NCBI GenBank assembly: GCA_038873795.1
Contig: JAVZDR010000001.1
Coordinates: 1-47,914, forward strand
DNA from: Candidatus Micrarchaeaceae archaeon
GTDB taxonomy: Archaea; Micrarchaeota; Micrarchaeia; Micrarchaeales; CABMGC01
Direction of reading: 5' to 3'
DNA: 47,914 nucleotides
This document shows positions 43,346-47,914 of the stretch, piece after piece; position 1 is the first letter of the stretch, and each line of letters starts with the position of its first letter. Made by a program: the position numbers and the translations under genes. Under the pieces are notes generated by a model. It saw only the letters and a list, made by a program, of their open reading frames with translations. It was not told where the DNA came from and searched no databases.

Positions 43346-44572
43346 ATGCTATTTGGGAGGCATGAAGCTGAGGAGGTTGCGGTAGGCTCATTAAATGGCT
43401 ATGCTATAGCTCTTTTCGACAGCAAGCTTAGGAAGGTAAATGCACGTTGCGGCAGATCTCTGGCAAAGTTGGAAAGCGCGCTGAAAGATTTCGAGAGTGC
43501 ATGCATTGAGCTAGGTGCCTTAGAAGCTGTGCCAGATTTGGAATCAATAAGCAGCGGCGCATCAAAAGCCATAGCCGAGCAGAAGCCGCGCTATGTTAAA
43601 GAGCTCACTTCAGTTATAGCTTCGCTGAGACAGGATCTAAGCAAAGTCAGCGAGCCAACCAAATACGAGGAGGTGCTAGCAAAGAAAACGCTCATCGAAG
43701 GCGCAGTAGAAGACATGCTTAAGCTGAATTCTCTCTTCCGTGGGGTCCTTATAGGTTATGGTGGCTATTTCGGCGATATAAAGAGGACGTTCAAGGCAGT
43801 GGAAAATAGCCTAAGTGCACTGAAGTTCGACATCGACGGTGGTTCTGTCGATTTTTTAAACCACAAGAATCTAGTTGTCTTAGCTGGAAAACTGACTGCA
43901 TTGCTGGGCGAGTTCTCTGCATCCAGTGCCGAAAATTCTGCACTGCGGCAGAATAGCAAGTTTGCAGATAACCACAGCACTAATGAGAGCGAAAGGGCAA
44001 AATTATTGGGCAGAATAGACGAGATTTCTAAGAACATCGAGAGCGCAGAACAGAAAAAGAAGTCAGTAATTGCAAGCATAAATTCGATGCTTGCGCCGCT
44101 GGAACGCGCCGCAAGAAAATATGATCACGGCTCGGCAAGCAAATTCAAACTTGCAGACGCAATAAAGAATCCATTGGATGCCATTCACGACAGTGAATCA
44201 TATTCGAGATTCGTCGCAGCGCTGAAAGACATGCAGTCAAAGATTGCTGCAATTGAGCCGAACCCAAAGGAACTGGATTTGATACAGCAACAGCTTGGCA
44301 TGGTGCTCAGTTCTAACATACTAGACTCCATTTACGAGATTTCGGAATTTGAGGGCAAGAAGAATGCACTACTAGGCGAGCTAAATGATGCTAAGGCGTT
44401 GCTTGCTGATATCGACCGCATAAGAAAAGGCAAGGAAGACATAGAAAACGCCATAAAGGCGAACGAAGAAAAGCAGGCCGCGATTCTTGCGAAAATAAGT
44501 TCAACTAAAGAGAACATAGAAAAATTGTTTTACGTTTATTACAAAAAGAAAGTCAGAATCCGAATCGGCTAA
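43346..44572 (+). CDS. coiled-coil protein, unknown function
   Basis: 408 aa, almost entirely helical heptad-like sequence rich in E/K/L/A/S, no TM and no enzymatic motif. TATA-like TAATATATTTTTATAAA about 30 nt upstream. Confidence 0.5.
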   Translation: MLFGRHEAEEVAVGSLNGYAIALFDSKLRKVNARCGRSLAKLESALKDFESACIELGALEAVPDLESISSGASKAIAEQKPRYVKELTSVIASLRQDLSKVSEPTKYEEVLAKKTLIEGAVEDMLKLNSLFRGVLIGYGGYFGDIKRTFKAVENSLSALKFDIDGGSVDFLNHKNLVVLAGKLTALLGEFSASSAENSALRQNSKFADNHSTNESERAKLLGRIDEISKNIESAEQKKKSVIASINSMLAPLERAARKYDHGSASKFKLADAIKNPLDAIHDSESYSRFVAALKDMQSKIAAIEPNPKELDLIQQQLGMVLSSNILDSIYEISEFEGKKNALLGELNDAKALLADIDRIRKGKEDIENAIKANEEKQAAILAKISSTKENIEKLFYVYYKKKVRIRIG

Positions 44573-44611
44573 TCCAGGCTAAGAATTGCTTGCTGCTAGG
44601 ATCGTATGTCT

Positions 44612-45000
44612 CTATCGCTTATTTTTGTGCACAAGCAGTGCAGCCTTTGCCTTAAGGTGATTTGCAACAATCCTGTTTTTCGACTTTATGTGGATGCCCT
44701 CCTGCTTTACAATTATGCCGTACTTTTCAAGCCACTCACTTTACTAGGGTGTTAGTCATAAGCCTTACAGACCTTATGCCAAGCATTTTTCAGCATCTCA
44801 GCTGTGGATTTGAAAGACCTTGTTCTGCCATTTTTCCAATTTCCGTGATCTCTTCCATCTTTCCTCAAAAATCCGTGATATTTCAGATTGTTCCAATCAA
44901 TAAAATATTTCCATACTCGGCTATTTATAATTTGCTGCGCAATGCTTACAGCAGATGCAATAACGATTCTGCTGGTGCTTTGTTGTACGAAAATAATCAC
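44612..45000 (-). pseudogene. frameshifted remnant of a small (winged-helix-like?) gene
   Basis: ORF 44752..45000 (no ATG, GTG only) ends ...AEMLKNAWHKVCKAYD*. A different frame continues 44740..44612 as SEWLEKYGIIVKQEGIHIKSKNRIVANHLKAKAALLVHKNKR*. Both pieces look protein-like but are disconnected. Confidence 0.3.
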
Positions 45001-45066
45001 AAAGTCAGTAGCCCGCTTTATAGCGAGGCCACTCAGGAAGAACTAAAGACAGAAATCAAAAACATC

Positions 45067-46092
45067 ATGCTGTCTTACCTTGAGCCAGAGAAAGCGCAGG
45101 GACAAGAATACTATGAAGGCCTAACCGATTACATAGAAAGAGGCGGACATTATTCGAGGCCTTTGTTATTCATTTATGCGGCAAAAGCTTTCGGCCTTAA
45201 GATAGACAGCAGCTTGCTTCTCATGGCCGCGGCAATAGAAATGTCTGAGGAGGTCATATTGAAGTATGACGACATACAAGATCACGCATTGCTCAGAAGA
45301 GGCGGTCCTACAACAAATGCAAAATACGGCGATGAACTAGCCGTGCACTATGCCTATGTACTGCACGATAAAATAAGGCGGATGCTAAGGGATTATAGCA
45401 AAACCCTGAAAGCAGAGGTTTCAGACAGACTGAATGCGAAGTTCGACGAGATTGCAACCATAACCGCAAGCGGTCAGCTGCAAGAACTATTATTCATGTA
45501 TAAAATAAGAGATTTCTCAAAGGTAGATGATTCTTTATACTATAATATTGCAAAGGCTAAAACGTCGGCCTATACGATCTATGGCCCACTGCAGTTCGCA
45601 GCTATAGTTGCTGAGCAGAATGAAGAGGTGCTAGATGCATTGAAAGCCATAGGCGAACCAGCTGGAATAGCATTCCAGATAAACGACGACGTCTTGGATT
45701 TTCTGAAGCCAAAGAATTTTGGCAAAACCCAATATGGGGACTTATACGAAGGCAAATATACGCTCATAATGGCGCATGCATATGGTGCCGCAACCACTTC
45801 CGATAAGAAATTTATAAATTCAATGTACCAGAAGAGCAGGGCTGAAAGGGAAAAGCCCGAAAATAAGGCAAAAATAGAACGGCTTGTAGAAATAGTCAAC
45901 AAAACAGGTTCGCTGGAGTATGCATTGGAGCAGCGTGACAAATACATGAGGCTATCAATCTCAGAACTCAGCAAATACGCAGGTTACTTCAAGGCAAACA
46001 AAGCCACAATAGAGCTAGGAAAAATGCTTTTGGATACATTATCCAGAGATGGCGTCGATGCAAGTGAGCTTATTAAAATCAAGAGAGAATAA
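45067..46092 (+). CDS. trans-polyprenyl diphosphate synthase (GGPP synthase-like)
   Basis: FARM KYDDIQD followed by RRGGPT, SARM QINDDVLD, and KTQYGDLYEGKYT. Start set at the first ATG (45067); an in-frame TTG at 44980 is possible. Confidence 0.85.
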   Translation: MLSYLEPEKAQGQEYYEGLTDYIERGGHYSRPLLFIYAAKAFGLKIDSSLLLMAAAIEMSEEVILKYDDIQDHALLRRGGPTTNAKYGDELAVHYAYVLHDKIRRMLRDYSKTLKAEVSDRLNAKFDEIATITASGQLQELLFMYKIRDFSKVDDSLYYNIAKAKTSAYTIYGPLQFAAIVAEQNEEVLDALKAIGEPAGIAFQINDDVLDFLKPKNFGKTQYGDLYEGKYTLIMAHAYGAATTSDKKFINSMYQKSRAEREKPENKAKIERLVEIVNKTGSLEYALEQRDKYMRLSISELSKYAGYFKANKATIELGKMLLDTLSRDGVDASELIKIKRE

Positions 46093-46473
46093 ATTCTAAA
46101 TGGCAGACCTGCTGTGACTTTTTATGATTCTTCTGATAAACCGGAACTCATTTATGCGTATACCGCTTGGGCCTCTTATCGAGAACCTGGAAACGAATAT
46201 CCTGCACCTGCCTATTTTATAGGGCCGCAGGCTTTGATCTTGGCATTGTACGTACGTCTATTAAAATTTTTATTCCATGCCCCTTTAGCATTTCTATAAA
46301 CTTGCCCAATTGGCGCGCGGAATAGCCAATAGTGAACATGGCACGATTTTCCCCTTACTGTGTTGATTAGACTCTATGTGAACTATTCCCCTTTACGGAC
46401 TTATTTGTTTCGCGTTCTGCATGTGTACGTAATTCTGTCGTTCTTTGTGGCTTTAACCAACCTGCTTGCAACA

Positions 46474-46580
46474 AGCCCTGAGAGGGGCTTGAACCCTCGA
46501 CCTCCTGTTTTCTTGTTCTTGATTAAACTTCTTCCCAAGAAGTTTACAAGACAGGCGCTCTACCACTGAGCTACCAGGGC
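46474..46580 (-). tRNA. tRNA-Thr (anticodon TGT) with 35-nt canonical intron
   Basis: Acceptor GCCCTGG/TCAGGGC, D-arm GCTC/GAGC, anticodon stem CCTGT/ACAGG separated by 42 nt, T-arm GAGGG-TTCAAGC-CCCTC, discriminator T. TATA-like box about 26 nt upstream (around 46605). Confidence 0.9.
46510..46544 (-). other. tRNA intron at canonical position 37/38
   Basis: Intron AACTTCTTGGGAAGAAGTTTAATCAAGAACAAGAA. CAAG pairs with anticodon-loop CTTG and is flanked by 3-nt bulges (TA|A and AA|A). Confidence 0.8.
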
Positions 46581-46657
46581 CTGATTAATAATTGCCGATA
46601 AAATATAAAGTATTTGCTTTTGCAGAGCAGGCTCTGTGTCAGCCGTATTTTCAGGGA

Positions 46658-46825
46658 TTAGAATTCATCTTCTCTGTCGTATTCTTTTCTGTAGAGCTTC
46701 CTGACTAGCTCAGCACATTCGCCCCCTGCGCCAGTGCAGTATCTTTTTGCTATCTCCTCTGGATTGAAGTACTGCGCCTCAAGTGGCACAGCAAATTTAA
46801 GGATCTTTATTGTTTTGCTGTCCAT
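46658..46825 (-). CDS. possible small protein (55 aa), unknown function
   Basis: ATG..TAA ORF below the track cut-off: MDSKTIKILKFAVPLEAQYFNPEEIAKRYCTGAGGECAELVRKLYRKEYDREDEF. Sits in an otherwise empty gap between two tRNA genes. Composition is protein-like. Confidence 0.35.
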   Translation of the reverse strand: MDSKTIKILKFAVPLEAQYFNPEEIAKRYCTGAGGECAELVRKLYRKEYDREDEF

Positions 46826-46920
46826 TGCTTTTAAGTCTGCACTGCAATCCTTTTAAAGAGAGTTGTGGCATACGGCAACCTGCGAATTATGCAAAAACAA
46901 CCAAGCACGCTCACAAGAAA

Positions 46921-46932
46921 AATATTAATATT
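46921..46932 (+). promoter_or_regulatory. BRE/TATA-like box for tRNA-Gln
   Basis: AGAAAA-ATATTAATATT centred about 26 nt upstream of the tRNA 5' end (46953). Confidence 0.5.
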
Positions 46933-46952
46933 GCTATGCTATATTCTATTGT

Positions 46953-47025
46953 AGCTCCATCGTCTAGCGGTCAAGGATAGCAGGCTCTGGACCTGTTGAC
47001 GCCAGTTCGAATCTGGCTGGAGCTA
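46953..47025 (+). tRNA. tRNA-Gln (anticodon CTG), no intron
   Basis: Acceptor AGCTCCA/TGGAGCT (A1-U72 as in archaeal tRNA-Gln), D-arm GTCT/GGAT, anticodon stem GCAGG/CCTGT with loop CTCTGGA, T-arm GCCAG-TTCGAAT-CTGGC. Confidence 0.9.
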
Positions 47026-47035
47026 TGGTTGTTGC

Positions 47036-47455
47036 ATGGAAGAGCTTAAGGATCATGTGATAGTCTGCGGCTATGGCCTTGTGGGCGAGCGCGTCGTCGA
47101 CATACTGCTTGAGAACAGCATAAGCGTCGTTGTTATCGAGATAGATCCTGAGAAGGTCGAGCTGCTGAGGGAGCGCGGCATCGATGTGATAAAGGGCGAT
47201 GCCATATCATCAAAGGTACTTAAGGAAGCCGGCATAGCAAATGCAAGAGCTATAGCGATAGTCCTTGACAACGATGCCAAGAATCTCTTTGCAGCGATAA
47301 CAGCAAAGAGCCTCAATGATAAGATAATTATAGCGACGAGGGTCAATGACGATTCTTTGAAGGAGAAGTTCCTTGATATAGGCGTAAAGTTCATTGCTAC
47401 TCCTGCAAAGTCTGCGAGCGACGAGCTCTTCAAGGAAATATCAAAGGGGTTCTAG
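47036..47455 (+). CDS. stand-alone RCK/TrkA-N (NAD-binding) domain protein
   Basis: Rossmann motif VIVCGYGLVGE, VVVIEID, GDA. 139 aa. Confidence 0.85.
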   Translation: MEELKDHVIVCGYGLVGERVVDILLENSISVVVIEIDPEKVELLRERGIDVIKGDAISSKVLKEAGIANARAIAIVLDNDAKNLFAAITAKSLNDKIIIATRVNDDSLKEKFLDIGVKFIATPAKSASDELFKEISKGF

Positions 47456-47472
47456 AATGGCTGCGTGGTCCG

Positions 47473-47914
47473 ATGCAGAAATCTGAGAACGAGGAAACCA
47501 GCAACGTGCTTTCACTGGCTTTGCTCATAGCTGTAGTTCTCATAGTATTCACATTCGCAACTCTGCTCTTCATAACAAAGGACTTGTATCTGACTATCTA
47601 CTACGTAATAGAGTCCTTCTTCGGATCGCAGAACACAAGCGCGGCATTCGACCTTGCAGACATGATGTTCCTGTACAAGTCGTTTACGGCCCTCGGCTCG
47701 GCAGTGGTGTTTATCATAGCCACCATAGCAACCTTCGGGCGCCTCTTCATAATGAGCTTCATAATAGCCGCTGTGGTAAGCATGGTCGGCTACGCAAACA
47801 TAGACATATTTCTCAACAGCATAAAGAAGCGCGGCTACAAGAACCACATAATAATCTGCGGCTACAACCGCATAGCAGAAGAACTTATTGCCAAACTCTC
47901 TGCGCATAAAAAGA
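47473..47914 (+). CDS. 2-TM channel-like membrane protein fused to an RCK/TrkA-N domain (5' part, runs off the right edge)
   Basis: Not in the ORF track because there is no stop in the window. ATG 47473 opens MQKSENEETSNVLSLALLIAVVLIVFTF...YYVIESFFGSQNTS...FTALGSAVVFIIATIATFG...HIIICGYNRIAEEL. The antisense ORF 47512..47907 is its shadow. Confidence 0.65.
   Translation, partial: MQKSENEETSNVLSLALLIAVVLIVFTFATLLFITKDLYLTIYYVIESFFGSQNTSAAFDLADMMFLYKSFTALGSAVVFIIATIATFGRLFIMSFIIAAVVSMVGYANIDIFLNSIKKRGYKNHIIICGYNRIAEELIAKLSAHKK

Noticed and set aside
44662-45066. 135-codon N-terminal extension of the polyprenyl synthase ORF
   Set aside because: It starts at a non-ATG codon and translates to Cys/Phe/Ser/Pro-rich low-plausibility sequence. 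The opposite strand carries more protein-like (though broken) ORFs. Synthase homology begins only around residue 115-136.
44660-46474. Possible att-site pair (TTGCAACAA at about 44661 and about 46466) delimiting an integrated element next to tRNA-Thr
   Set aside because: A 9-mer match is expected by chance in 48 kb. It does not extend into the tRNA 3' half. The enclosed DNA contains only a housekeeping-type polyprenyl synthase and no integrase.
47512-47907. 131-aa minus-strand ORF rich in Y, C, E and H
   Set aside because: It is a shadow of the plus-strand channel-RCK gene (47473 onward). That gene has clear TM helices and a GxGxxG-type RCK motif. The track omitted the plus ORF only because it has no stop inside the window.
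1-47914. Search by eye for CRISPR arrays, IS elements/transposases, integrases, rRNA genes and known defence genes
   Set aside because: I saw no regularly spaced direct repeats, no terminal inverted repeats flanking a transposase-like ORF, and no cas, restriction-modification or integrase motifs. Absence is based on visual inspection only and should be confirmed with CRISPR finders, ISfinder and a defence-system search.

Overview
Gene-dense archaeal chromosomal segment: about 55 protein genes, 5 tRNA genes, and no rRNA, CRISPR array or recognisable IS element. Archaeal origin is supported by Alba, Top6A, FEN1, membrane LonB, aMBF1, CDP-archaeol synthase, EndoQ, bulge-helix-bulge tRNA introns, and AT-rich TATA-like boxes about 25-30 nt upstream of many start codons. 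The exact lineage cannot be fixed from sequence alone; a small-genome, heavily glycosylating archaeon (DPANN/Micrarchaeota-like or Thermoplasmata-like) is only a guess. Most of the window is housekeeping: tyrS, ITPase, two nth paralogs plus endoQ, fen, top6A, lonB, an M50 protease, polyamine genes, dph6 and scattered isoprenoid/ether-lipid genes (carS, UbiA-type prenyltransferase, type-1 idi, polyprenyl synthase). Two loci look accessory and system-like. (1) 14.4-19.8 kb holds a GT-C membrane glycosyltransferase, a NodU-type carbamoyltransferase, a radical SAM enzyme with a Cys-less SPASM-like tail, and a Dol-P-sugar synthase-like GT2. (2) 33.3-40.0 kb holds a second carbamoyltransferase paralog, a Thr-type alkaline-phosphatase-superfamily enzyme and a GT4. 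These converge on an operon of an RHH regulator, an unknown 113-aa protein and a bacterial-type CysD/CysN sulfate-activating pair. I regard locus 2, with locus 1, as the best candidate for an undescribed carbamoyl/sulfo-glycan modification system. It fits the very high N-x-S/T sequon density of every secreted protein in the window. Other notable items are a tRNA-Arg with a textbook BHB intron in the T-loop (59/60), tRNAs abutting downstream CDSs by 10-11 nt, a membrane-anchored secreted Lon-C (S16) protease with a long TPR-like extension, an orphan FlaI/PilB-type ATPase, a frameshifted gene remnant, and an RCK/channel pair with a degenerate selectivity filter. All functional calls rest on motif recognition by eye; no database search was possible.
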